A stretch of DNA of 64,000 nt from a virus. The position numbers were made by a program, and so were the translations under genes. Positions 51,859-61,099 of this stretch are shown here, piece after piece. Location of the stretch: positions 50,891 through 114,890 of IMG/VR virus record IMGVR_UViG_3300026097_001055, one strand, 5' to 3'. The notes beneath the pieces are model-generated. The model worked only from the letters and a program-made list of their open reading frames with translations, was not told the DNA's origin and did not search any database. How positions within the stretch are numbered: position 1 is the first letter of the stretch; each line of letters starts with the position of its first letter.

Positions 51859-52251
51859 TTATAGATTTTCAGCATCCTCTTTTTTTAAATGTTTTTTCAC
51901 ACATTCCCATGTAGATTCAAAAGAATAACATATAGGATTTCCATCTTTATCTTTTGCACCATATGCCTTCATAGGATCTGCATCTATTAGTTTTCCAGTT
52001 TCAGGATCATATACTGGTAGTTTACTCCAATCTTTTTCACCCCATTCATTTTCATATATAAACCAATGAATCCAGTTAACACCTTCTTCATTAAAATGTG
52101 AATTTAATACCGCATCTAACATTTTACTAGTGTTTTCTTCTAGTTTAAATTTGCCTTCCAAAAAGTCAAAGCCCATAGAGTATAACTCCCTAAAATCTTC
52201 TGTTAGTTTTTTATATGGCATTAATATACCTAAGAAATCTTCGTATTCCAT
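51859..52251 (-). CDS. Hypothetical protein
   Basis: 130 aa; WIHWFIYENEWG. Confidence 0.65.
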   Translation of the reverse strand: MEYEDFLGILMPYKKLTEDFRELYSMGFDFLEGKFKLEENTSKMLDAVLNSHFNEEGVNWIHWFIYENEWGEKDWSKLPVYDPETGKLIDADPMKAYGAKDKDGNPICYSFESTWECVKKHLKKEDAENL

Positions 52252-52262
52252 CTTATTCTGAT

Positions 52263-52790
52263 TTAAATTAATAATTCGTTAATGGTTTTAGGTTTATAAT
52301 TTATAAGATGGGCATCAACATTGTGATACCTACTTTTTGTTAATATTTTTATGTTTCCGTTATCACCATATTTATCTGTTATGGTAACTTCTTCTAATTT
52401 ATTTTCATGATGTATGTGAGCGTGTATATTACCTCTACAAAAACTTATTTCATTTGGGTGTATAGGTGCATGAGTTAAAATGTAACCTTTATACTTTACC
52501 ATCCCTGCAACACTATCAACATATTTTAATAATTCCTTTATGTCTTGGTGTCTATCATGGTTACCTAATACAACAATCTTTCTACCTTTAAGTCTATCTA
52601 ATTGGTAGTAGTGTTTTTCAGTTTGCATTGTAACGTCTCCTAGAATATAGATTAAGTCTTTTTTATTAACAACTTTATTCCACTCATTAATCATATGTTC
52701 ATCATGATAAAATTCATCTTGAAAACCTCTATGTTTAGCCATCCATTTATGACCAAAATGCAAACAACCTATAAATCTTACTGTACTCAT
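52263..52790 (-). CDS. Calcineurin-like metallophosphoesterase
   Basis: GCLHFGH, LGDV, GNHD, THAP and HAHIH motifs. Confidence 0.85.
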   Translation of the reverse strand: MSTVRFIGCLHFGHKWMAKHRGFQDEFYHDEHMINEWNKVVNKKDLIYILGDVTMQTEKHYYQLDRLKGRKIVVLGNHDRHQDIKELLKYVDSVAGMVKYKGYILTHAPIHPNEISFCRGNIHAHIHHENKLEEVTITDKYGDNGNIKILTKSRYHNVDAHLINYKPKTINELLI

Positions 52791-52800
52791 TTTTTAGTTT

Positions 52801-53199
52801 TTACGATAACCACCCTTCTTCTTGTAACTTACTAAGGAATGCTTTAAAATGCATTTTACCTTTAACACATAAATAATCAGTTTCCTCTAATACTAAAATA
52901 GAATCTGGGTCACCTTCTAATATTCCATTAAACCAAGAATTGTTATCCCATTCTTTTTCTTTCCATGTATCTCTGTTTCCACTCCGTTTATCAGTTAATG
53001 TTATTGTTATGTCTTTATAGAAGTCATTGGTTTCATTCTTTTTTAATCTAGATGCTACAAAACAATAAGAAGATACTTCATAAACACATTCTTCTAAAAA
53101 TGTTAAATCTACATGTTCTTTTTCCATAAGATTTGAAGAATCTTTAACTGAGTCTTCTCTAACATACCATGTACCATTAATTTCTATTCTATTTTCCAT
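52801..53199 (-). CDS. Hypothetical protein
   Basis: 132 aa; N-terminal RIEINGTWYVRED. Confidence 0.65.
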   Translation of the reverse strand: MENRIEINGTWYVREDSVKDSSNLMEKEHVDLTFLEECVYEVSSYCFVASRLKKNETNDFYKDITITLTDKRSGNRDTWKEKEWDNNSWFNGILEGDPDSILVLEETDYLCVKGKMHFKAFLSKLQEEGWLS

Positions 53200-53211
53200 A
53201 ATAATTTTATT

Positions 53212-53595
53212 TTAGTTTTCTTCATCAAAATATTCAGGTTTATATTTATCTTTTTTCTTTATTTTTAATTCAGATTCAAACACATCAATATCTTGTTTTA
53301 ATCTTTCTATAAAGGTTTCCTCTCCATCATCACCTGATAGTAACCAATCAATACGATGGGCATATATTTCAGCCAACCGCAATATAGTATATGCTTTTTC
53401 AAATTGATTTATTACCTCTTTTGGGTACTCATAATGAGTAGCCTCTGGTATATGGGTAGGATCATAATGGTCTTTTTTTTCTTGTGATATTTCTTTTAAT
53501 GTTTTTTTTCGGCCAGAATCATAAATTTCACTTTCTATATCATTAGCTATGTCTCTAATTCTGTACTGGCAGTATTCAAATCTTCCTCCACTCAT
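53212..53595 (-). CDS. Hypothetical protein
   Basis: Likely start MSGGRFEY at 53595; RIDWLLSGDDGEETF motif. Confidence 0.65.
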   Translation of the reverse strand: MSGGRFEYCQYRIRDIANDIESEIYDSGRKKTLKEISQEKKDHYDPTHIPEATHYEYPKEVINQFEKAYTILRLAEIYAHRIDWLLSGDDGEETFIERLKQDIDVFESELKIKKKDKYKPEYFDEEN

Positions 53596-53608
53596 AATTT
53601 TAAATTTT

Positions 53609-53800
53609 TTAATATACTTTTGATAAAATACATTTATCACATTCTTTAATCTCTCCGTTATATGTTTCTCGATATTCATGCAGAGTTTTGTAAGGAATAC
53701 CAAAGAGAGTTTTTTGTATTTTTGTAACACGTGTAACTAATCTACCCATGTTTGGATGATATCTATTCTCAAATTTACTTTTTCTTTTTACACTATACAT
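53609..53800 (-). CDS. Small hypothetical protein
   Basis: 63-aa ORF filling the gap in the operon. Confidence 0.5.
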   Translation of the reverse strand: MYSVKRKSKFENRYHPNMGRLVTRVTKIQKTLFGIPYKTLHEYRETYNGEIKECDKCILSKVY

Positions 53801-54168
53801 TCTATGTTAATTTTTGAATCTAAAATCTTTACTTTTTTAATATCAGCATTATTTTTAATAGCTAATGTTTCAGAATATAATTCTTTAGCAATTTTAGTTG
53901 TTAATTTACTTATCCTCATATCTTTTTCAAGTATAAAAATTAGTTCATTTATTAAATCTGATGGATCACCTTCGGTACTAATACATTTATGTATATATAA
54001 GTAAACCATTTCATATTGTTCATTACTTTCATCTTCATAACTGGTTAAACTATCAAGATATTTATTAGCAATATCTAACCAACTGTGATGTTGGTCTAAT
54101 TCTTCTAACTCATCTCTAAGTATAATTATTAAACCTACAGCTCTAAGAAGCCTTTCTTTTATGCTCAT
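53788..54168 (-). CDS. Hypothetical protein
   Basis: 126-aa helical ORF. Confidence 0.6.
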   Translation of the reverse strand: MSIKERLLRAVGLIIILRDELEELDQHHSWLDIANKYLDSLTSYEDESNEQYEMVYLYIHKCISTEGDPSDLINELIFILEKDMRISKLTTKIAKELYSETLAIKNNADIKKVKILDSKINIECIV

Positions 54169-54201
54169 ATTTAATGTTTATATTAATTCTGCGAGATTTT
54201 G

Positions 54202-55179
54202 TTAGTATCTCGCAGTTTTTATTACTTCTTTTAATAAGTTATAAATTTTATTTTTAACTTTCTTTATACCATGTTCTTTAACAGAATCTGATAAGTCTTT
54301 GGATAAATCTAAATTAATATTATCTAAACCGTAAATTTTATTATATTTTTCTGCAGATCTTTTACCTGGGCTATCATTATCAAATAATACTATAATTTTA
54401 GTATAAAAAGAAGTTAACTCTTGCATTATAGGTTTACTTATCATACTATTTTCACTATCAGGTGCAACAGCTTCAATATTTTTTATACCTAATCTTTTAA
54501 AAGTCATTAAATCTTTAAGACTAGATACTATTAAAAGATATTTAGTTTTAAAAGTTAATTGATCATACCCTTGTAAATAGTTTCTAACTTTAATAAACTT
54601 TTTATCTTTAATTTTAGGCTGGTATATTTTAATTAACTGACCTTTCTTGTTAAAATATCCGTATAAAAATAATTTAGACCTTTTAAAGGTCTCTAAAACA
54701 CCTTCTGGTGTATTTCTAGACATGACATAATATTCTAAAGGTGCTACTTCATATTTTTCTAGTATATCTGAAGTTATTTTAAATTGTAACCAATATTTAG
54801 CATCTTCTTTATTCCAATGTCTTATTTCATAATCAGTAACTCTAAATTTTTCATGGTGTACTAGTTTACGTTTTACTTTAGGTGTTTCAACATAATCTGC
54901 TTGTATCTTAGCAATTGCTTCCCCATAGTTTAAATTATATAGTTTCATTACCATGCTTACAGCATTACCTTGATAACCTGAACTAAAATCTTTAAATTTA
55001 TAACTCATTGTAGACTCATCTACATAAATACACATAGAAGGTACTTTATCACTACTATTAAAGACAGAAAGAATTTTTAGATCTTGACCAATTAAGTTTT
55101 CTTGTAAACTTAGATAATACTCAAAGATCCATTCGTCAGGTATATCTCCATAAAATTGTAAGTTTTCTACTGATATCAT
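54202..55179 (-). CDS. DNA primase (TOPRIM)
   Basis: DKVPSM...FKDFSSG N-terminal region, KIYQP, SSLKD, LFDNDSPG, KDLSD. Confidence 0.85.
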   Translation of the reverse strand: MISVENLQFYGDIPDEWIFEYYLSLQENLIGQDLKILSVFNSSDKVPSMCIYVDESTMSYKFKDFSSGYQGNAVSMVMKLYNLNYGEAIAKIQADYVETPKVKRKLVHHEKFRVTDYEIRHWNKEDAKYWLQFKITSDILEKYEVAPLEYYVMSRNTPEGVLETFKRSKLFLYGYFNKKGQLIKIYQPKIKDKKFIKVRNYLQGYDQLTFKTKYLLIVSSLKDLMTFKRLGIKNIEAVAPDSENSMISKPIMQELTSFYTKIIVLFDNDSPGKRSAEKYNKIYGLDNINLDLSKDLSDSVKEHGIKKVKNKIYNLLKEVIKTARY

Positions 55180-55193
55180 AAATCTTTAAATAT

Positions 55194-55224
55194 AAAAGAG
55201 GGCTAAATATAACCCTCTTTTTTT
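55194..55224. terminator. Intrinsic terminator
   Basis: AAAAGAGGG-CTAAATATAA-CCCTCTTTTTTT. Confidence 0.75.
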
Positions 55225-55241
55225 AATGTTCAAAAAATAAA

Positions 55242-55925
55242 TTAATCTAAATCAAAGTCATCACCAGCTTTACTAAAATCTGTTCCATCAACTTCATCAT
55301 CATCAAATTTAGCTATTGGTTTTCTATCTAATTTAGTTAAATGTTTAGATTCATCATATTTCATTACTTTACCCGTTCCTTTAGGTGTGAAAGCATAAGA
55401 GCCTTTTCCTGATTTAGGCAACCATAAATTATGAGAAATATAACCTGATTTATTTTCATATTCTTTACCAGCTAAGCAAAAATCTAAAAATATTTCATTA
55501 AATGGACGATCATTATTAAAAGCCATAACAAAATCCTCTATAGTATTATGCTTATTATTTTGAGATTTAAACCAATCTTCTTGACCTAATGAAGCACAAA
55601 GATTTTTTAGAAAAATAAGAATACTTCTATCTCTTTCTATTTTAATACCTGTTTTAGTTTCTCCATCTGCAAATGCATACTGACTTGCTTTAACTTTACC
55701 AACTTGGCCTTTATGGTGTCCTAATTGAGGTTGTTCTTTATCAATCATAAAACCTTCAAAACCGTCAATAGGTTCTGTTTCTATATTCATCACTAGATGA
55801 TATGCATCTGGTATGAACTTAAAAGGTTCTAATACTACACTATTAATTTTTGCTGTTATGTTACCCGGTCCAACAACTTTGTTTATTCCACCACCTTCTG
55901 GTAAATTATCTATACTTAATCCCAT
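55242..55925 (-). CDS. Putative ssDNA-binding protein
   Basis: Beta-rich body with an acidic/aromatic tail (DDFDLD); lies between the Sak4-like gene and primase. Confidence 0.5.
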   Translation of the reverse strand: MGLSIDNLPEGGGINKVVGPGNITAKINSVVLEPFKFIPDAYHLVMNIETEPIDGFEGFMIDKEQPQLGHHKGQVGKVKASQYAFADGETKTGIKIERDRSILIFLKNLCASLGQEDWFKSQNNKHNTIEDFVMAFNNDRPFNEIFLDFCLAGKEYENKSGYISHNLWLPKSGKGSYAFTPKGTGKVMKYDESKHLTKLDRKPIAKFDDDEVDGTDFSKAGDDFDLD

Positions 55926-55938
55926 TTTTTATTTTTTT

Positions 55939-56688
55939 TTAGTCAATGAATACTTTATCCCAGTGAGTAATTATCTCACCTTCTTCGTTAATTTCAGAAA
56001 TTACTATTTCTACATTCTTTAAGTGATCAGGTCTTGCACCGCAGCCTACATCATCTGTTGTTTTAAAACTTAGAATATTTTGATTACCTTTTCTATATAA
56101 GTAAGCAATTGCATCTGAGTTTGAAGTAGTTATACGCTTCAATTTCCCAGTTAAATCAAGTTCTTTTGTAGAAAAGTTTACACCATCTTTTTCTAGCATT
56201 GTGTCTTTAACATGTCCTAACAAAATCATGTGCGGAGCCAATGTAGTAATATAATCTATCACTTTAGTAAATGCTAATCTTAGCCAATAGTATCCTGAGC
56301 CTTCAGGCATACCTAATATATTTCCATATTTAGATTTACCACCTCCTTCATTAAACCAGTTTTTACCCATAGGGCTTTGAGAATAGAGTTTCTCTGCATA
56401 AGGTATGCACATTTCTTCTAAAGCAGTTACTGTATCAACAGCAATGTACTTATAAGGATACTCATTTTCTTTAATAGCTTTACCAACAAGTTTTAAATGT
56501 TTAATGTTTTCTATCTTAATTTTCATAGCTTCAACATAACTTGAACCCTGTTCAAAGTCTAGTAGTAAGCAATCATCAAGTGCAGCAACTAAACTTGTTT
56601 TACCCGTTTTGGGTTTAGAAAATATAATTAGATTACTTGGATTTTTAACTTCAGGTTTACTCCTGGCTTTTGGCAATACAATTTCCAT
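55939..56688 (-). CDS. Sak4-like (AAA_24) ssDNA-annealing ATPase
   Basis: FSKPKTGKT, LDFEQG, AVDTVT, LLGH and GAR motifs. Confidence 0.8.
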   Translation of the reverse strand: MEIVLPKARSKPEVKNPSNLIIFSKPKTGKTSLVAALDDCLLLDFEQGSSYVEAMKIKIENIKHLKLVGKAIKENEYPYKYIAVDTVTALEEMCIPYAEKLYSQSPMGKNWFNEGGGKSKYGNILGMPEGSGYYWLRLAFTKVIDYITTLAPHMILLGHVKDTMLEKDGVNFSTKELDLTGKLKRITTSNSDAIAYLYRKGNQNILSFKTTDDVGCGARPDHLKNVEIVISEINEEGEIITHWDKVFID

Positions 56689-57287
56689 TAGTCTGTTATT
56701 AATTTATTTAACCATTCTTTTTTACTTACAGGCCTTTTATGTAAAATAGCCATCAAGTCTCTTATTGTTAAATCAGATACAGGTAAATCATCAACTAATA
56801 AATCAGACATTTTTTTAGAAGATTTTTTAGTAACTGTAGACTTATCATCTAAATCATCAAAATTTAATTTAGATTGTTTACCAGTAATTTCTTCTAATTC
56901 TTCAAATTCACTGTTAACACTAGGATTAACTATTTCAATCTTTTCCAATTCTTTAATTGGTATAAGATATCTAAAGTTAGTACCTTCTGTTTTTTCATAT
57001 TCTTCATCAAAATAAACATTTGATCTTAACTTGTATAGTGTACGATTAGGATCTTCAGGTACTAAATCATAACTAACAAATTCAAGATAAATATCTTCTT
57101 GTCTTGAAAGCTCACTAGGAAAAAAGCTAACAAAATGTTCACTTTTTCCTCTAGGTATATATGCAGATTTTGGTATAAATAAAGGATTTTCTTCCTTTAG
57201 TATTTCAAATTTCCATTGATGTTCTTTTATAAGTTGTTCAGTTTTTTCTCTACGCTCTGCAGTAGTTAATTTTACACTTATTCCCAT
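56688..57287 (-). CDS. Hypothetical protein
   Basis: 199-aa ORF coupled within the replication operon. Confidence 0.65.
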   Translation of the reverse strand: MGISVKLTTAERREKTEQLIKEHQWKFEILKEENPLFIPKSAYIPRGKSEHFVSFFPSELSRQEDIYLEFVSYDLVPEDPNRTLYKLRSNVYFDEEYEKTEGTNFRYLIPIKELEKIEIVNPSVNSEFEELEEITGKQSKLNFDDLDDKSTVTKKSSKKMSDLLVDDLPVSDLTIRDLMAILHKRPVSKKEWLNKLITD

Positions 57288-57289
57288 AA

Positions 57290-58267
57290 TTATATTTTTA
57301 TACGTTTTTGTTGTGTTGCTGGTGTAGTCATTTCTACTATTCTCATTTTTTCAAATTCAGCTTTAAAAAAGCTCATTCTTGTATCACCATTTCTACACTT
57401 TAAAAAATGAAGAACTAATGTATTATCATCATCAATAATATATCTATCAGGTCCATAAAATCTAATTTTTTGTTTAGCTGGTTTATTAATACCTACAACT
57501 AAATCAGCATGTTGTAATAAAGCATCAGCTCCGAAGATATCAGATTCTAATATATAATTACCATATTTACCATCTTCTGATCTATCAGGATGATCTATAT
57601 TTCTATTTAATTGACTTAAAACAATGAAAGCTACAGGATACTTCTTTTTAAGTTCTGTAAGAGCTTCTCCTAAATTATTTAACATATCTTGTTTATCTTT
57701 CTCATAAGGAGCTTTTTTAAACAAAACAGAATGGTCAATAGTAATCAGAGTGTTTGTATAAACTTTTTGGTGCTCTGTATCTAAAGTATGATACGCTTCA
57801 AAATAATTTATAACTTCTTTTTTAAATTCATCAACAGTTTGTGGTGTATCTACTACGTCAATTTTTGAGTTTTTAACTTTCTTTTTTGAGTAGGTATAAC
57901 ATCTTTGTAAATCTTCTTCAGATAATTCTCCATCAGCACTACACAAGTGTTTGTAAGATCTATTTATTACACTTGAGTATTCTCTAATTGCTTGAACTCT
58001 GCCAAGCATTTCAAATTGAAACTGTAAAACTCTAAAATCTTGCTCAGAATTTAGAACAAAAGCTTCTCTAATAATTTGGTCAGCTATCAAAGTCTTCCCT
58101 GAAGCCGGCCTACCGCCTATCACAGTAATAGTGTTCCATTCAATACCATCAATAGACGCATCATTAAATTTAGCCCAAGGGGTTTTAATACTTTTTATCT
58201 CACCTTTTCTCCGCTTATCTAAATAAGATAATGCTTCAATAAAAGATTGTTTTTGTGGTTTCCACAT
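57290..58267 (-). CDS. dnaB: DnaB-like replicative helicase (ATPase domain only)
   Basis: GGRPASGKT, FEM, IDH, LSQLNR, ADLV and KCRNG motifs; 325 aa, lacks the N-terminal domain. Confidence 0.88.
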   Translation of the reverse strand: MWKPQKQSFIEALSYLDKRRKGEIKSIKTPWAKFNDASIDGIEWNTITVIGGRPASGKTLIADQIIREAFVLNSEQDFRVLQFQFEMLGRVQAIREYSSVINRSYKHLCSADGELSEEDLQRCYTYSKKKVKNSKIDVVDTPQTVDEFKKEVINYFEAYHTLDTEHQKVYTNTLITIDHSVLFKKAPYEKDKQDMLNNLGEALTELKKKYPVAFIVLSQLNRNIDHPDRSEDGKYGNYILESDIFGADALLQHADLVVGINKPAKQKIRFYGPDRYIIDDDNTLVLHFLKCRNGDTRMSFFKAEFEKMRIVEMTTPATQQKRIKI

Positions 58268-58270
58268 ATA

Positions 58271-58450
58271 CTAGGTTTTTAATAATTTAGTTTTATGTTT
58301 ATCTTGTAAATATCCAAGTATTCCAATAACTATTTCTATTCCTATAAATTGAATAATCGTAATGTTTATTACTAAATAATTAATTAATAAATAACTAAAA
58401 ATAGTTGAAATAATTGATAAAACTAATATTTCAACTCTGATTTTTATCAT
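58271..58450 (-). CDS. 59-aa two-TM membrane protein (not in the ORF track)
   Basis: MIKIRVEILVLSIISTIFSYLLINYLVINITIIQFIGIEIVIGILGYLQDKHKTKLLKT; ATGA overlap with the upstream stop; ends 3 nt before dnaB. Confidence 0.7.
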   Translation of the reverse strand: MIKIRVEILVLSIISTIFSYLLINYLVINITIIQFIGIEIVIGILGYLQDKHKTKLLKT

Positions 58451-59031
58451 ACTACTTTCTCCTTAAAATGTTTATCTTCATTATCTATACCATTAATAAA
58501 CATATCACAATAATTAGCTAAATCACTATCAAATGTTCTATCAGGATTTTGTTTTCTTATAAAATACTGAGAAGTTCTCATATATGCCCAGTTTTTAGAT
58601 TCATACTCATCTAAATACATTTTTGTAGCACCCAAAATTACCGACCAATCATAATCATAAGTTGTAAAAAACCATCTAAATAATGATTCTATAGTTTTTA
58701 TATTTGTTCTTGCCGGTTTACCACTAGGTAATTTTATGTTTGGAAATAATTCTCTATAATTTGCAATTTTAATAAAAAAATCCTCACCCATTATATCAGC
58801 GTTAGTTTCTTTTTTACTTTTTCTAAAAAAAGCTTCTAAACTATCTAACAATGCTATACATTTTGGTGTAAGCTTATTATCTTTAATCCAACCATCATTG
58901 CTTAAACGTTCATTTTCCAGTGTTATATTGATAAATTTAGCAGGAACTGTTCTATGTTTGATAGTATGTAAATAATAAAGTTGATTAGGAGTTAATTTGT
59001 TTTTTATAAGAACATTAAATATTTCATTCAT
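58447..59031 (-). CDS. Putative replication initiator / helicase-loader-like protein
   Basis: N-terminal winged-helix-like segment plus YRELFP...YMRTSQYFI domain; upstream of dnaB. Confidence 0.45.
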   Translation of the reverse strand: MNEIFNVLIKNKLTPNQLYYLHTIKHRTVPAKFINITLENERLSNDGWIKDNKLTPKCIALLDSLEAFFRKSKKETNADIMGEDFFIKIANYRELFPNIKLPSGKPARTNIKTIESLFRWFFTTYDYDWSVILGATKMYLDEYESKNWAYMRTSQYFIRKQNPDRTFDSDLANYCDMFINGIDNEDKHFKEKVV

Positions 59032-59037
59032 TTTATT

Positions 59038-59742
59038 TTACCATTTAAGTTCATAATTAAAATTTTCTTTTACTATTTTACTAACTTTATTAAAAACATC
59101 TTTAGAATCCCATACACCATCTGTATAATGAGCCATTGCTGGATGTGTAGTTATGAATTTATAATTATTATCACTAACTGCATCTTTCCACTCTAAAGCT
59201 TTTTTACCCATATAAATATAAACTGTTCCTGAATTGTTCCAATTAAGCATATCAAATAAATAAGCAAGAAAAGGTCTCCATATTAAATAATGCTGACCTA
59301 TTTTATTTACTGTTGTAGTTAAAGCAGTATTTAATAGTAAAATACCTTGTTTAGACCACCTATTTAAATCTGGGTCTGTACTAACATTTGCATCTTCATA
59401 TACTGTATGATTTATTTCATCTAAAAGATATTGTAAGCTTGGCTGTTTTTCTTTAGTTTTAGCACAGCAAAAGGCTACACCATTAGCTAAACCTAATTTA
59501 GGGTAAGGATCCTGTCCTATTATAACAACTTTAAGTTCATTGTAAGGACATTTTTCAAAAGCTCCAAATATATCTTTAAGTACTGGTGTAATTTTACGAC
59601 CATTTAAACTTTCATTATAAAGAAATTTTATAATGTCATCAAAGTCTTTACTATAAATAAAACCTCGTAAAGGAACATCCCAACCAGTTTTTTTTAGTTT
59701 TGTAATAAATTTTTTCTTAATTTTGTCAATAGTAATATTCAT
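59038..59742 (-). CDS. ung: Uracil-DNA glycosylase (family 1)
   Basis: KVVIIGQDPY, PSL, QGILLLNTALT and HPA motifs. Confidence 0.92.
   Translation of the reverse strand: MNITIDKIKKKFITKLKKTGWDVPLRGFIYSKDFDDIIKFLYNESLNGRKITPVLKDIFGAFEKCPYNELKVVIIGQDPYPKLGLANGVAFCCAKTKEKQPSLQYLLDEINHTVYEDANVSTDPDLNRWSKQGILLLNTALTTTVNKIGQHYLIWRPFLAYLFDMLNWNNSGTVYIYMGKKALEWKDAVSDNNYKFITTHPAMAHYTDGVWDSKDVFNKVSKIVKENFNYELKW
59718..59725 (+). promoter_or_regulatory. Putative -7 element (TAATTTTG) for the plus-strand gene at 59746
   Basis: Perfect TAnnTTTG 20 nt upstream of ATG 59746, inside ung on the antisense strand. The nearest TTTG is only 15 nt upstream, so the -33 element is weak. Confidence 0.4.
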
Positions 59743-59745
59743 AAT

Positions 59746-60039
59746 ATGTCAGTTAAACTAAAAGAATTAAAAGATGATGCATTAATTAATGTGCAAGTTA
59801 ATAAAAGTTATTACTTTATGATTAAGTTAGAACTTTTTAATGCTGTTGAACATTTAGTTAATGAATCACCTGAAAAAGCTAAAGATATTGAAAATATCAT
59901 AACTAAAAAGTATGAGGAATTATCTACAGCAGAAAGAACTATTTATACTTTATCATTACTTGTTGCTGAAATAGAAAGAGTAGCAACTGAAAAAAATCTT
60001 TTTCAAGAAATAGATCCTAAAGACATTACTGAAGATTAA
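59746..60039 (+). CDS. Hypothetical protein, lone plus-strand gene in the minus-strand block
   Basis: 97-aa ORF that exactly fills the gap between ung and the 60026 ORF. Confidence 0.7.
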   Translation: MSVKLKELKDDALINVQVNKSYYFMIKLELFNAVEHLVNESPEKAKDIENIITKKYEELSTAERTIYTLSLLVAEIERVATEKNLFQEIDPKDITED

Positions 60040-60397
60040 GGTTATATTCATAACCTATTTCTATACAAGCTTGTATAGCCAACATTAATTCTTCAATACT
60101 ACAGTCTGCAAAAGATTTTTTGCTATCTATTAAAGATAAACCACTATAATCTTTTACTAACTCTTTTACTTCTAAAAAAGTATAACCTGATTCCATAGCA
60201 ATTGTTCTAATACATGTATGTACTTTAGCTAATTGTGCTAAAGATTTTGAAGTATTAGTTTTATTTAAAAAAACTTCTACTTCATCACCTTCATTTAATC
60301 CTTCAATAAATAACTTATGTTTAAGTTTATCTTTTTTATTGACTGGAACAAGCTTGCCTTTTTTAAAAACAAGCTTAAAATCACTCCAGTATGTCAT
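60026..60397 (-). CDS. NinB/Orf-like recombination-associated protein (tentative)
   Basis: KSLAQLAKVH...IAMESGY...VK...KSFADCSIEEL pattern. Confidence 0.45.
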   Translation of the reverse strand: MTYWSDFKLVFKKGKLVPVNKKDKLKHKLFIEGLNEGDEVEVFLNKTNTSKSLAQLAKVHTCIRTIAMESGYTFLEVKELVKDYSGLSLIDSKKSFADCSIEELMLAIQACIEIGYEYNLNLQ

Positions 60398-60639
60398 TTT
60401 TTTATGTTTTTAAAAAAAGAAATTAATTCAGAAACTGATTCTACATTATCAATTTCACCCCAATAATCTACTGAAACTTTCCAGTTTTTTTGATTAGACT
60501 CATCACTCGTTGATGATACTAAATTAATTGAATCATTAAGAGGATATATATAATAGTGATATGCAAATTCATCACCGCTTTCTTCTACAGGTACTATAAT
60601 CTTAGTAAAATGTAGTTCTTTTAAATCATTTTCAGTCAT
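60394..60639 (-). CDS. Hypothetical protein
   Basis: 81 aa with ATGA overlap. Confidence 0.65.
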   Translation of the reverse strand: MTENDLKELHFTKIIVPVEESGDEFAYHYYIYPLNDSINLVSSTSDESNQKNWKVSVDYWGEIDNVESVSELISFFKNIKK

Positions 60640-61099
60640 AATAGTTTTCTTTTAGTGACCTTATGTGGTCGTCCATAACAGGTTTATATATTTTATTAAA
60701 ATAATCAAAAACAATATTAATAATAAACTCAGATTCAAATGTATCATCTTTAAGTTTTTTATCTAAAAGTTTTCTATGTTTTTTTAATAATAATATACCT
60801 ATTAAATTATTATCTTCATCATCACTTTTTATAATCATATTTTTTAAAGTGTCAGCTTCATCTTTAGTTATTATTTTAACTTCTTTTAATAAAGTAATTT
60901 CTTCCTTTATAAGAATGCAATAAGCTTTATAGCTAGAAGAACTAATAACGTTTGTAAAAGATTCAAAACCAAAATTATAATTAGATTTGTTTTCTTTGTT
61001 ATAAATTTCCTGATAAAATAAATGTTTATCTAGAATTTTATCTAAAAATCTTTTATTTTTTATAAAAAATTTTAAAACTTTAGACTGATTAAACCCCAT
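60632..61099 (-). CDS. Hypothetical protein with M-x-x-S-x-D-x-x-N-like motif
   Basis: EADTLKNMIIKSDDEDNNLIGILLL. Confidence 0.6.
   Translation of the reverse strand: MGFNQSKVLKFFIKNKRFLDKILDKHLFYQEIYNKENKSNYNFGFESFTNVISSSSYKAYCILIKEEITLLKEVKIITKDEADTLKNMIIKSDDEDNNLIGILLLKKHRKLLDKKLKDDTFESEFIINIVFDYFNKIYKPVMDDHIRSLKENYYD

Noticed and set aside
41221-56022. Short plus-strand ORFs at 41221, 41958, 45451, 48941, 50087, 50335, 53756 and 55813
   Set aside because: Antisense to well-supported genes or to intron structure; no recognisable features.
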